In this document: positions 20,683 to 30,752 of the stretch, piece after piece
Position numbering within the stretch: position 1 is the stretch's first letter
Layout of the letters: every line of letters begins with the position of its first letter
Origin: Actinomycetota bacterium
GTDB taxonomy: Bacteria > Actinomycetota > Aquicultoria > Subteraquimicrobiales > Subteraquimicrobiaceae
Assembly (NCBI GenBank): GCA_030018275.1
Contig: JASEGB010000008.1
Coordinates: 6,353-70,352 of the forward strand
Direction: 5' to 3'
Length of the DNA stretch: 64,000 nucleotides
Made by a program: the position numbers and the translations under genes
The notes under the pieces: generated by a model
The model's input: only the letters and a program-made list of their open reading frames with translations
Told to the model about the DNA's origin: nothing
Database searches by the model: none

Positions 20683-21987
20683 TTAGCATCTTTTGATTCG
20701 CGGCGATTTAAAGAATTCAGCTACTAACTTCATGGCGCAAAATTCCCCGCACATCGTGCACACATCCTCCTGTAGACCCCTTCTTTCCTCACGAGTTTTT
20801 CTGGCCTTTTCAGGATCGATGGCTAGTTTCATTTGTCTTTTCCAGTCTAAGGCTTTTCTAGCCTTGGACATCTGTAAATCCCACTCCGCTGCACCAGGGA
20901 TACCCTTAATGATGTCGGCTGCATGGGCTGCAATTTTTGCAGCAATGACACCCTCTCTTACATCTTCGATTGTGGGAAGGCCGAGATGCTCTCGGGGAGT
21001 CACGTAGCAGAGAAAATCGGCACCTGAAGCAGCAGCGATCGCTCCGCCAATTGCAGAGGTAATGTGATCATAACCGGGTGCTACATCAGTAACTATCGGT
21101 CCCAAAAGGTAGAAAGGAGCACCCTTGCATATGGATTTCTCCATTTTTACTGTAGCCTCGATTTGGTCAAGGGGCACGTGACCTGGACCCTCGACCATAA
21201 CCTGAACTTCAGCCTTTCTCGCCTTATCTACCAGTTCACCTAAGGTTAAAAGCTCCTCGACTTGAGCTCTATCTGAGGCGTCGGCTATGCATCCAGGTCT
21301 CATGCCATCACCAAGGCTTAAGGTAACATCGTACCTCTTCGCTATCTCAAGTAACCTATCGAATTGCTCATAGAGGGGATTCTCTTTATCGTTGTGGAGC
21401 ATCCAGCCGATTATAAATGCTCCCCCCCGGCTGACCACATCAGTTATGCGTCCTTCTTGAGTTAAGGCGTTGAGAGCCTTCCAGGTAACACCACAATGAA
21501 TGGTCATGAAATCCACGCCATCCCTTGCCTGGACTTCTATGACATTAAAGATATGGTCCGGGGTCATTTTTACAATATTTCCGTATTTAATCTTGGCATC
21601 TATGGCTGCTTGGTAGATGGGTACGGTGCCTATGGGGATGGAAGATTTGGTAATTATCGCTCTCCTTATCTTGTTTAAATCTCCCCCCGTACTCAAATCC
21701 ATGACGGTATCAGCACCAGCTTTTACAGCTACCTTAAGTTTCTCAAGCTCCTCATCTATGAGGGGGAAATCCTCTGATGTACCGATATTTGCATTGACCT
21801 TTGTGTGCAAAGCCTCTCCTATCCCTGCGGGACGGGCGGAGGGGTGATTGATGTTTCTGGGGATGACGATTTTGCCTTGAGTAATGTTTTGAAGGATCAA
21901 ATTTAAATTTACCCCTTCTTCCCGGGCCACTCTCTTTATTTCTTCGGGGATTTCCCCCGCTTTGATCCTAGTCACCAACGTGGCCAT
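20683..21987 (-). CDS. thiC: Phosphomethylpyrimidine synthase
   Basis: [29 protein letters not shown]. Confidence 0.97.
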   Translation of the reverse strand: MATLVTRIKAGEIPEEIKRVAREEGVNLNLILQNITQGKIVIPRNINHPSARPAGIGEALHTKVNANIGTSEDFPLIDEELEKLKVAVKAGADTVMDLSTGGDLNKIRRAIITKSSIPIGTVPIYQAAIDAKIKYGNIVKMTPDHIFNVIEVQARDGVDFMTIHCGVTWKALNALTQEGRITDVVSRGGAFIIGWMLHNDKENPLYEQFDRLLEIAKRYDVTLSLGDGMRPGCIADASDRAQVEELLTLGELVDKARKAEVQVMVEGPGHVPLDQIEATVKMEKSICKGAPFYLLGPIVTDVAPGYDHITSAIGGAIAAASGADFLCYVTPREHLGLPTIEDVREGVIAAKIAAHAADIIKGIPGAAEWDLQMSKARKALDWKRQMKLAIDPEKARKTREERRGLQEDVCTMCGEFCAMKLVAEFFKSPRIKRC

Positions 21988-21988
21988 A

Positions 21989-22630
21989 TTACTCCTCCTT
22001 TAGCTTAGCTTTGACCTCTCTGATCTTTCTTAGAAGTTCTGAGGTTGCTCTCTTCACATCGGTGGCACAAGCCACAGCAGAGATCACCGCCACTCCATCT
22101 GCTCCCGCTTTGAGCACATCCTCGATGTTATTCAGGGTTATCCCACCTATGGCAACGATTGGAGTTTTCACGGAACTCCTTATTTCAGATAAAGTACCCA
22201 ATCCCACGGGCTGACCGGCATCGCTTTTGCTCGGAGTGAGAAAGATCGAGCCAACTCCAAGGTAATCTGCACCCTCTCTTTCCGCTCGAACTGCCTCTTC
22301 AATGCCACCTACAGAAACGCCGATTATTTTTTCCTTCCCCAGGATTCTCCGAGCATAAAGGAGGGGCATATCCTCCTGACCTAAGTGCACCCCATCGGCA
22401 TCGATGGCTAAAGCTATATCGATTCGATCATTGATTATAAAGAGAGTCCCAGACCGGTGGGTCAACTTTTTAATCTCCGCTGCTATTCTCAGGATATCTC
22501 GCGTGTACCTGTCCTTCTCCCGCAATTGGATTACAGTGGCTCCTCCTGCGATCGCATCTCGAGCGACATCGATATGTGTCCGGCTCAGAACCGGTATTTC
22601 CGTGGTGATCACGTAGAGATCTAAATTCAT
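21989..22630 (-). CDS. thiE: Thiamine-phosphate synthase
   Basis: [28 protein letters not shown]. Confidence 0.95.
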   Translation of the reverse strand: MNLDLYVITTEIPVLSRTHIDVARDAIAGGATVIQLREKDRYTRDILRIAAEIKKLTHRSGTLFIINDRIDIALAIDADGVHLGQEDMPLLYARRILGKEKIIGVSVGGIEEAVRAEREGADYLGVGSIFLTPSKSDAGQPVGLGTLSEIRSSVKTPIVAIGGITLNNIEDVLKAGADGVAVISAVACATDVKRATSELLRKIREVKAKLKEE

Positions 22631-22646
22631 ATTCTCCTCTTTGGAA

Positions 22647-23474
22647 TCATTCTTCACCTTTAAATCTACTTTTTAAGATGAAGGATGCTATGTCGGCTGC
22701 TCTTCTTCCCGAAAGGAACATCCCTCCAAATATGGCACCCATCCGTGGAGAACCAAAGACCGTGGCTACAGCCATACCGGCAACTATAAGACCGGGAAAG
22801 ATCTCGCATGTTCTATCCACGACTTCTTTCTCACCTGCTTCGGACCACATGCAACTCTCTCCAATGACCTTACCCGTAAGTGTGGGAAAATTAGCCTCCG
22901 AGATTTTTTGAGAAACAACGCGAGCCACCTCAGCTCCATGACCCGTGGCATCTATTACGAGTTTCGATTTTACGGCGAGAGGATCGACATGGAGATGTGC
23001 AGCTTCAACGGCACCCCAATTTATAACTACACCGGTAACCCTGTTCCCTTCACGGATTATTACATCCTCGACGCTCATACCTATCCATATCTTGGCTCCT
23101 GCCTCGATGGTTGCAGTTGTACATCTTGAAACCGTTTCCACCGAGTCGGCTCTGTAGTAGCCGCCTGGATACTGTTCTAACTTCACTCCTAGTCCATCGA
23201 GAATCCCTTTGGCCCTTTCTTGTATCACGATCTTTGGGAAAAGCATACCTCCTCCCCACATTCCTCCTCCAACATAGAGATTTCTTTCAAAAACTGCGAC
23301 CCTATAATTTTCTTGAGCCAAATATCGAGCTGCAGTTAATCCGGCAGGACCAGCCCCAGCAATGGCCACATCCAAATCGAGACGTTTGGAAAAATCACTC
23401 CAGAATCCGTCAATTATGGCTCTGGTCACCACAGTTTCTTCCAAGGCTTCCCGAGTGCTAAGATCCTTTACCAC
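22647..23474 (-). CDS. thi4: Thi4-type thiazole synthase, non-Cys (His) form
   Basis: GAGPAGL, GGGMWGGG, LHVDP, DATGH, RMGAIFGGM. Confidence 0.93.
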   Translation of the reverse strand: MVKDLSTREALEETVVTRAIIDGFWSDFSKRLDLDVAIAGAGPAGLTAARYLAQENYRVAVFERNLYVGGGMWGGGMLFPKIVIQERAKGILDGLGVKLEQYPGGYYRADSVETVSRCTTATIEAGAKIWIGMSVEDVIIREGNRVTGVVINWGAVEAAHLHVDPLAVKSKLVIDATGHGAEVARVVSQKISEANFPTLTGKVIGESCMWSEAGEKEVVDRTCEIFPGLIVAGMAVATVFGSPRMGAIFGGMFLSGRRAADIASFILKSRFKGEE

Positions 23475-23512
23475 GATGACCTCCTTTGAAAGAACTTTTA
23501 ATAGATCGAGAT

Positions 23513-23548
23513 AAAAAAAAACCGTATTTCCAGCGGAAATACGGTTTT
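23513..23548 (-). terminator. Intrinsic terminator of the TPP riboswitch expression platform
   Basis: 14-bp stem AAAACCGTATTTCC/GGAAATACGGTTTT plus U-tract; its TCCGCTGG can pair with aptamer CCAGCGGA (anti-terminator). Confidence 0.9.
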
Positions 23549-23555
23549 AAAGATA

Positions 23556-23648
23556 TTATCCCTCCGCTGGCATTACCCAGAGCAGGTTCAAAGGGTCGTT
23601 CGATGATATCGAACCTCTCAGCCCGTAACACGAGCTCCCCTGAAATCT
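23556..23648 (-). promoter_or_regulatory. TPP riboswitch
   Basis: GGGGAGC..GGCTGAGAGG..GACCCTTTGAACCTG..GGGTAATGCCAGCGGAGGGA upstream of thi4. Confidence 0.95.
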
Positions 23649-23752
23649 GTGAAGTTTTCATGATTATACACAAATTCAATGCCCTTTGCAAATGCATATT
23701 TATTTCACTCCCTTGATATGCTAACTTATAAGCGGAGATTTGGAGGCATTCG

Positions 23753-24874
23753 ATGGATTTAAAGGGTAAGAGACCGGATGAGATCGGGAAATCTGAACAC
23801 TTTACATACACACGGGCCGGCGTCGATTCCGCCAGGGAGGAGGTTGCCTTGGAGGAGCTGCTGAAGTGGATCAAGAAGACCTTTCGATTGAGGAAGGAAG
23901 TTGGAGTGGCGAAACTTAAGATGGGTTACTTTGCCAATGTCATCGATATCGGACGGAATATGGGAATCGCCATTTCAACCGATGGAGTGGGGACAAAGGT
24001 TCTCATCGCACAAATGATGGGCAAATATGACACCATTGGAATTGACTGCGTAGCCATGAATGTCAATGACATCCTCTGCGTAGGAGCAGAGCCGATTTCC
24101 ATGGTGGATTACATAGCAGTTCAGGAACCACACCCTGACCTACTGGAAGGGATTGGAAAAGGACTTTATCGAGGGGCTCAAATGGCGAGGATAACCATTC
24201 CCGCCGGGGAGATAGCCCAACTAAAGGAGTTAATTAAGGGCAAGAGAGAAACCTATGGCTTTGATTTGGTGGGTACATGCGTTGGCATTGTCTCTCTCGA
24301 TAAGGTGATCATGGGGCAGGATATCCAAGAGGGGGATATTGTGCTGGGTTTGGAAAGCAGCGGTATCCACAGCAATGGTTTAACGCTGGCACGTCAAATT
24401 TTCTTTGACAAGATGGGTTTTGATGTCAACGAGTACTTCGATGAGTTGGGAAGGACCATTGGCGAGGAGCTTCTGGAACCTACCAGGATTTATGTTCCCG
24501 AGGTCACGGAAATTCTAAATTCGGATTTAAACGTGAGAGCCTTGATACATATCACGGGGGATGGTTTTCTCAATTTAACTAGGGTGGCCTCGGAGGTAGG
24601 ATATGTAATAAATTACCTACCTGAACCGCCACCGATATTTTCTTTGATTAAAAAGCTGGGCAACGTAACCGATGAAGAAATGTACAAAGTTTATAACATG
24701 GGCATCGGTTTTTGCCTGGTTATGGCACCAGATGATCTGGCACCTGCTTTGGAGATTATAAAGAAACACGATATAAAGGGCTATCAAATTGGTTGTGTAA
24801 GGGGTAGGGAGAGAAGGATAATAATTGAACCCAGAAAACTCACGAGCAAAGGAAATAGATTTTATGGATATTAG
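23753..24874 (+). CDS. purM: AIR synthetase (phosphoribosylformylglycinamidine cyclo-ligase)
   Basis: YTRAGVD, STDGVGTK, AMNVND, SSGIHSNG, HITGDG, YNMGIG. Confidence 0.95.
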   Translation: MDLKGKRPDEIGKSEHFTYTRAGVDSAREEVALEELLKWIKKTFRLRKEVGVAKLKMGYFANVIDIGRNMGIAISTDGVGTKVLIAQMMGKYDTIGIDCVAMNVNDILCVGAEPISMVDYIAVQEPHPDLLEGIGKGLYRGAQMARITIPAGEIAQLKELIKGKRETYGFDLVGTCVGIVSLDKVIMGQDIQEGDIVLGLESSGIHSNGLTLARQIFFDKMGFDVNEYFDELGRTIGEELLEPTRIYVPEVTEILNSDLNVRALIHITGDGFLNLTRVASEVGYVINYLPEPPPIFSLIKKLGNVTDEEMYKVYNMGIGFCLVMAPDDLAPALEIIKKHDIKGYQIGCVRGRERRIIIEPRKLTSKGNRFYGY

Positions 24875-24950
24875 TAAATTAATTCCTGATTTCTTCGCGC
24901 GTAAGCTATGGGCAAATACAGGATTAAAGAGTGGTTGGGAGGGATTGACT

Positions 24951-25361
24951 TTGAAACTTCGAGCACATCATCTGCTGTGCATCCATGGGTTTCGGGGATT
25001 GGGTTACACCTCTGCATTCGTTGATACTCTGAGGAGAACGATTCAAATCATTAAGGCGAATGAAAACTTATTAATCGAACTCACAAATGAATGCGACATC
25101 CTCTGTTTCGCTTGTCCTCATAAGCTTGGCAATAAATGCGTCAAAGATGGGTTTTCGTGTGAAAAGAAAGTGAGGGAACTTGACGGTGAGGTATTAAGTT
25201 GCTTAGGGTTGAAGCCTGGATCTACTATATCGGTAAAGGCTCTGTTTCCGTTGATTCAAAGGAAGATCGATGAGAAGGATTTGGAGCGGATGTGTGGGGG
25301 TTGTGAATGGTTTGACCTTGGTTACTGTCGGGAGGGACTAACAAGGGGACTTTTGCAGTAA
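24951..25361 (+). CDS. DUF1284 family Cys-rich protein
   Basis: LRAHHLLC..FRGLGY..CDILCFACP..C..CEW..C; TTG start after GGGAGG. Confidence 0.85.
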   Translation: MKLRAHHLLCIHGFRGLGYTSAFVDTLRRTIQIIKANENLLIELTNECDILCFACPHKLGNKCVKDGFSCEKKVRELDGEVLSCLGLKPGSTISVKALFPLIQRKIDEKDLERMCGGCEWFDLGYCREGLTRGLLQ

Positions 25362-25391
25362 AATAGATAAGAGGTAAAATCTCACTTAAAA

Positions 25392-26430
25392 CTATTCGGA
25401 AGTTTTCAATATGGGATAAGGATTGATGGCTCTTCCCCCGCCTGGGTGGAATTCGAAGTGAAGGTGGGATGATCCACCTCTTGCATTTCCAGTATTGCCC
25501 ACGTAACCAATTGTTTGACCGGCTTCAACGCGACCTTCCGTTACAGCATAGCTGCTGAGATGCATATAACAGTAGGTATTCCCGTCGTCTCCATAGAGAT
25601 ATATAGGTCGCTTTTACGCGTACCACTGACACAAGCCACGCAGGGGGTGCCACGTAGGGCAAAGATATCACAACCCTGGTGGCGGTGTCCCCTTCTGGGA
25701 GCTCCCCAAGAATTACAATAGGCATGGGGTCCCGCCACGGGAAAATGAAACCCCCCTATACGATATCTTTGTGAACGGGCAGCGGCTACAAATTTTCGAG
25801 GTCTGTGTCGATTCCTTTTGCAGTCGAATCAATTGAGCTTGAGTTCTCGAAAATAAAGACTTTTGTTTGGCTAATTCTTTCTCCATCTCACGCTGCTTTA
25901 TCTTAAGCGATTTCACGAGTACTCTTTGTCGAATACTTTGGGCGGTGAGTTCATTCTTCATCCCTTCAATCTCAGCCAGGTTTCGTTTAATTTCAACGAG
26001 ATTATTTAGATCTTGTTCACCAATTGCCTGCATCAAATCGAAGCGCATTAGAAATTCAGAAAATGTCTTGGATCCGAATAATACATCCAGAAATTCAACA
26101 TGACCATGGCGATAAAGGAAGTTGATCCTTTGAATTCAAAATAACCTGGCGGTGCTCAAGTTCTTTTTTGGCGGCTTCCAATTTTGTGGTTTTCTCGATA
26201 TCGGCATTAATTCTAGCCAATTTTATCTGGGCGGAATTATACTCCATTGCCAGTTTATTTAATTTCTTGTTCAGGTTATAGATTTGATTTCTAATCTGGG
26301 ATGTCGGTAACCTTTTCTTTTTTGCGGGGGAAGCAATGGAGATTGTGGGGACAATGAGGGAGAGGATCAAAAAGAGGGAAACAATTTGAAAGATTCTAAA
26401 GATGGGAATATCCCTTGATTCGATTTCCAT
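25392..26430 (-). pseudogene. Coiled-coil + M23 peptidase (EnvC-like), multiply frameshifted
   Basis: Signal peptide and coiled coil (26095-26430, 25713-26048), [38 protein letters not shown] spread over different frames. Confidence 0.8.
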
Positions 26431-26661
26431 CGCCCCCAGGAGGTATCCAAAAGCCAGACTCTCCTTTTAATATCATAAAAGAGCAAAAAATGTCAACCTA
26501 AAATACTCTTACCAAATCCATCTCTCTTGCTTTGCACTCTCATTATGATGAGGATAAACTATTTGTATGAAGTACATGGTCACAATTTTCATTGCTCAAG
26601 AAATTTCTCCTTTCTTTATAATCTAATGGAGCAAATAGAATCAGAGGAAAGGGAATGTGAA

Positions 26662-26820
26662 ATGAGATTCTTTGTCATAGTTGTAATACCACTAGCCATC
26701 GGTGTCGCAATTATGATCCTCGTTCGTTATCTCCTGGTGAGGATGGTCACAAAATCCAATGAAGAGAGGGGAAAGGAGCCCGTTTCAAATTCAAAAATTA
26801 AAACTCAAAATGAAAAATGA
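26662..26820 (+). CDS. Small single-TM hypothetical protein (52 aa)
   Basis: MRFFVIVVIPLAIGVAIMILVRYLL hydrophobic helix; purine-rich RBS. Confidence 0.45.
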   Translation: MRFFVIVVIPLAIGVAIMILVRYLLVRMVTKSNEERGKEPVSNSKIKTQNEK

Positions 26821-26962
26821 CAAAGTAAGAACCAAAAATTAAGGTCCTATGTCCAATGTTCAACGTTCAAGTCTTATAATTTTTGACTTTGGACAGAAGC
26901 GGCCCTGAGCAGAAGTTTATGGTTTTATGCCCCACTATGTATGAAGCAAAAGAGGTGAGATC

Positions 26963-28051
26963 GTGAGCAAAAAACCAGGGAAAAATCCCAAGTCTTTTGT
27001 GTTTGGAGCGACTGCTCTGAGTATCATCACCATCTTTGGATGTGCAAAGCATGGTTTGAAGGAAAAAGCAGTGGTCAAGGAGAAGCGAGAAAAACCAGCT
27101 GAAGTCAGGAGATGGGAAAAGAAGATACCAAAGATTTCTGAAGAAGTTTCAAAAAAGCAAGAGATTATCGAGCAAGGTCTAGTTGCCTTGACCCATGAAG
27201 CAACCATGTCTCAATCCACGAGAAAAGCCGTTGAACTCGCCGGTGGTTTTGGGTTCATCAAATCCGGTGAAACCATTCTGGTTAAGGTCAACGCAAATTC
27301 ATATGATCCCTATCCTGGAACTACAAATCCTGAGGTGGTAAAAGAGGTAGTGAAGATGGCTTTTGAGGCTGGTGCAGGAAGGGTAATCGTAGCTGATAGA
27401 TCCAGCATTTACGGCCCCTGGTCTAATACCATGTATAACATGCGCCGAGTTGGGATTGAAAGAGCAGCTCGGGAGGCGGGAGCAACGGTGATAGCTCTTG
27501 AGAACACCGAGTGGATTCATATAAGACCGGAAGGTGCGACTCACTGGAAGGAGGGATTCACCATCCCCAAACTTGTTCAAGAGGTGGATTACATCATTAA
27601 TCTGCCGGTGGTAAAGACCCATGAAGCCGCGGTTTTCTCCATGTCTCTTAAAAATTTTGTTGGACTTATCTCACCTCATGATCGAAGGGTGATGCACGCT
27701 TCACCTCATCTTCAGGAGATGATCGCGGATTTAAATCTGGCTTTTAAACCGAGTTTCATAGTCATGGATGCAAGCAGGGTTTTTGTTACCGGGGGACCGG
27801 CGAGGGGAAGGATAAAAGAGCCACGGATCATTGTGGCTACGAGGGATAGAGTGGCTGCAGATGTTGTGGGATTGGCCCTTTTAAAAACCTTGGGCACCAC
27901 GTCAAGAATTGAAAAAAGAAGTGTGTGGGATCAGCCACAAATTAGAAGGGCGATGGAACTCGAGTTAGGAATCCACGATGCTAGTGAGCTTAAATTCAAA
28001 TGGGAATCGATTGCAGACATGGAGAGGATTACCGATTATGCTCTGCACTAG
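26963..28051 (+). CDS. DUF362 family protein with N-terminal lipoprotein-like signal
   Basis: ILVKVN..TTNPEV, INLPVVKTH, SLKNFVG, DRVAAD; IFGC lipobox-like. Confidence 0.88.
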   Translation: MSKKPGKNPKSFVFGATALSIITIFGCAKHGLKEKAVVKEKREKPAEVRRWEKKIPKISEEVSKKQEIIEQGLVALTHEATMSQSTRKAVELAGGFGFIKSGETILVKVNANSYDPYPGTTNPEVVKEVVKMAFEAGAGRVIVADRSSIYGPWSNTMYNMRRVGIERAAREAGATVIALENTEWIHIRPEGATHWKEGFTIPKLVQEVDYIINLPVVKTHEAAVFSMSLKNFVGLISPHDRRVMHASPHLQEMIADLNLAFKPSFIVMDASRVFVTGGPARGRIKEPRIIVATRDRVAADVVGLALLKTLGTTSRIEKRSVWDQPQIRRAMELELGIHDASELKFKWESIADMERITDYALH

Positions 28052-28119
28052 CAAAGCTAAAGCCAAAATATGTCAAGAGCTCCATAACTCATAACTCATG
28101 TCCCATGACCAAAGGGAAT

Positions 28120-28893
28120 TTAAAATGGAATATCTTCGGGATACGCCGTTTCCTTTACGGGTATCCGTATTTCACCTCTGATGGGACATATCTCCAAGAA
28201 ATCGCACCAGGGACAAAAGTGATTCCTTTGAGGCTCAAACTCCCGAGTACCCTTGATTTTCCCCACGATATTTGCAATCTCTCTTAGACCCTCTTGAAGT
28301 TGCTCATCCGTCCTGAAGGTATCGATTTGCTTGTTCGACTGGAGAAAATAGATGGTCAGTTTAATTGGTTCAAAGTGATATTTTTCTCTAATGGCTAAAT
28401 TATAAAAGGTCAGTTGGAGATCTCCATCGGCTTCCTCCGAGGTCATAGACTTAGCGCCGGTCTTATACTCGATTACCTGGAAGATTCCATTATCCAGCCT
28501 ATCAATTCGATCTACAACTCCCACGAAGATTAGATCCTCTATCTTGACTTCGAAATTAAGTTCTGTAAATAGGGGCTGGACTCGACAATCGTTGGAGCGA
28601 TAAAACCGTTCCAAAATTTTCAAAGCCTTCTTTCCCCAAATCCTTTCCTCATCTCGATTGCCGAAGCCCTCTCTAATCCAATTCTTGCGCAATAAATAAT
28701 GAAGCTTTTCAAGGCTTCTGTCCTCTGGATTTGAAATCCTGAAAAAATCGCGAAGGGCACGGTGAATACTTTCCCCCATACTCATGGGGGGACGAGGTTT
28801 TCTATACTGCTTTCCCAAACAATCCACGTAGAGAAAGCGGTATTTGAGGGGACATTGCTGAAAAGTTGCCAATTTGAAATAGCTTATCTTCAT
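28120..28893 (-). CDS. Standalone RecB/Cas4-like PD-(D/E)XK nuclease with Fe-S cysteines
   Basis: ISY..L..FQQCP, GVVDRID, VIEYKTG, QL.FY, FCPWCDFLEICP. Confidence 0.9.
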   Translation of the reverse strand: MKISYFKLATFQQCPLKYRFLYVDCLGKQYRKPRPPMSMGESIHRALRDFFRISNPEDRSLEKLHYLLRKNWIREGFGNRDEERIWGKKALKILERFYRSNDCRVQPLFTELNFEVKIEDLIFVGVVDRIDRLDNGIFQVIEYKTGAKSMTSEEADGDLQLTFYNLAIREKYHFEPIKLTIYFLQSNKQIDTFRTDEQLQEGLREIANIVGKIKGTREFEPQRNHFCPWCDFLEICPIRGEIRIPVKETAYPEDIPF

Positions 28894-28902
28894 AAATACT
28901 CC

Positions 28903-29055
28903 TAGTTCGGTCGGGGCCGTTGCTGCTGCTGTTCCCAGACGAGTCGGGGCTTAACGGTTCTCTTAAGATGCGCCTTCCAGGATACTCTTAGACCATCACC
29001 TCTGCAGGCACCTCAGACGAGCCATATAGCCGTCCAGGCGACTATTGACCGCTCT
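28903..29055 (-). ncRNA. Candidate structured RNA, resembling an IS110-family non-coding end, between LCP and nuclease genes
   Basis: Folds by eye into a rod with G-U pairs on the minus strand (CCTGGACG/CGTCTGGG, GGCT/AGCC, GTGCCT/AGGCGC); IS110 resemblance is from memory and unverified. Confidence 0.4.
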
Positions 29056-29929
29056 TAAGCTTTTGGAAAACCCGACCAGCAACACCCTGGTCTAGGAAAA
29101 CATAGCTTGCTCGTCCCACAGAGCCGATGCGCCCTGGAAGGACGATGGTCTCGATGTTTTCCCTTTTTACTGAGACCACCAATCTTGCGAGCTGGAACAT
29201 CTCCTTATTCGATAAATTAGTTTCACAATTGCTGGTGACTATGGGCAACCAATTTAACAGGTCAAAGGGGGAATTCTTGTGCCCTTCTTGTTCAAAGATT
29301 GCTACCAGCAGATGCTGCTGATGAGCTGCTCGCCCTAGGTCACCACCGGGGATATGTCTCGCTCGGCAGTAGGCCAGGGCTTGACCGGGATCGAGTTTTT
29401 GAGGACCGGCAGGAAGATTTGCCCCTGCCCATCTGTCATATAAGGGTTTGTCCAAGGTAATTTGAACACCCCCTAAACTTTGGATCATTCTCATGAAACC
29501 ATTAAAGGTGGTGACCATGTAATAATGAATCTGTAATCCACTGTAGTTTTCGACGGCGCGGACCGTAAGCTCGGGTTTACCAAAGGCCATGGCTGAATTA
29601 ATCTTCCCATAGCCCCTCCCGGGAATATAAACTCTGGAATCTCTGGGAAAGGATACGAGAGTAGCCGATTGAGTTGAGGGATTGATTTGAACCAGAATTA
29701 TAGCATCGCTACGTCCAACTATACTTTCAGTGCGAGAATCGCTTCCCAGAAGCAAGATACGCACGGACTCTTTGGAATATGAGTCTAGAGAAACCTCAAT
29801 CCGGCGTTGAATCTTAATGGTCGGTTTTTTCCTCGCAGTTTTGATCCGCTCGCAACACAGCCCCGATAAAACGAGGAAAAAGAGGAGAAGCAAGCAGAGA
29901 ATCTTGCGATTCCAGCAAGGCATGGCCAT
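29042..29929 (-). CDS. LytR-CpsA-Psr (LCP) family protein
   Basis: ILLLGSD, GRSDAI, SFPRDS, KINSA, ALAYCRAR, DLGR..QQ. Confidence 0.95.
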   Translation of the reverse strand: MAMPCWNRKILCLLLLFFLVLSGLCCERIKTARKKPTIKIQRRIEVSLDSYSKESVRILLLGSDSRTESIVGRSDAIILVQINPSTQSATLVSFPRDSRVYIPGRGYGKINSAMAFGKPELTVRAVENYSGLQIHYYMVTTFNGFMRMIQSLGGVQITLDKPLYDRWAGANLPAGPQKLDPGQALAYCRARHIPGGDLGRAAHQQHLLVAIFEQEGHKNSPFDLLNWLPIVTSNCETNLSNKEMFQLARLVVSVKRENIETIVLPGRIGSVGRASYVFLDQGVAGRVFQKLKSGQ

Positions 29930-29931
29930 CC

Positions 29932-30585
29932 CTACTTTGTCTTTTGAGATTTCAATTTTTGATCCACCTTATAATCGAAGATTTGCCAATCGCCCGTGGC
30001 ACTCGGTTCCAAGAGAAATGTAGCCGCATTTTCAAGCACAACCTTGTCTCCACTTTTAAGGACATAAACTGCATTAACTCCAACTTCAGCCACAGCCAGG
30101 GCTGGCTTGAGATTATTGTCGAAGTTAATCCAAAGTCTCGATACTTCAGCGCTCGCATTTTCAATGAAATTTACCTTGTTTGCCAAATCTGCGAGACAGA
30201 GGGCTTTGAAATCTTTGGTTTTTACGGTCTCTTGGACCTGGGGGGCAAAAAAGTTTCCCAATTTGGTGAATCTTCCTCCCTCCCACTGGGAAGGACTAAA
30301 AAATCCAACTTTGTAATAGCCCTCGATGAAATCGATAATCTTCTGGCTTTCTACCTCTCGAAGATGTGCTAACTCCTGAGCTTTTGAGGTGGCAATTTCA
30401 TCGGCAATCACGGTTTCGATTTCCCCTATTTTAAATTTTGGGGTCATGAAGCGCTTTCGGTGTTCCTTGATTTTTTCCCCGCGTTTAGGAACACAGGAGG
30501 TGTGTGACACCACCATGAGGATTATCAAGCATAGGAACAGGAAAGGCAGAATCTTAGATATTCGATGCATAAAGTAAACACCCAA
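29932..30585 (-). CDS. Hypothetical lipoprotein/exported protein
   Basis: N-terminal hydrophobic segment then TSC; abuts LCP gene. Confidence 0.6.
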   Translation of the reverse strand: MGVYFMHRISKILPFLFLCLIILMVVSHTSCVPKRGEKIKEHRKRFMTPKFKIGEIETVIADEIATSKAQELAHLREVESQKIIDFIEGYYKVGFFSPSQWEGGRFTKLGNFFAPQVQETVKTKDFKALCLADLANKVNFIENASAEVSRLWINFDNNLKPALAVAEVGVNAVYVLKSGDKVVLENAATFLLEPSATGDWQIFDYKVDQKLKSQKTK

Positions 30586-30654
30586 TAAGCATGATTCTTT
30601 TTCCTCTCCATTTTTCCTTCCAAAATCTTTAATTTCAATGAGAAATGCCTTAAA

Positions 30655-30706
30655 GTAGAGGCGGGTCTTGTGCCCGCCTAATCCTTGTGGGAAATGAACT
30701 CCCGCA
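30655..30706. repeat. GTAG-type REP plus second palindrome
   Basis: GTAG-AGGCGGG-TCTTGTG-CCCGCCT then TGTGGGA-AATGAAC-TCCCGCA (similar to 37966-37986). Confidence 0.6.
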
Positions 30707-30752
30707 TTAAAAATATTGAGTTGGAGTTCACTCTCAATTTTGGAGGATAAAG

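Noticed and set aside
23458-23874. 138-aa and 76-aa ORFs in the thi4-purM spacer
   Set aside because: They overlap the TPP riboswitch, its terminator and purM; no protein-like features.
28905-29090. 6S RNA (a ~185-nt rod can be drawn using GGGTGTTGCTG/CAGCAACGGCCC)
   Set aside because: The 5' strand would lie inside a plausible LCP C-terminal coding sequence; not excluded, but unsupported without an Rfam scan.
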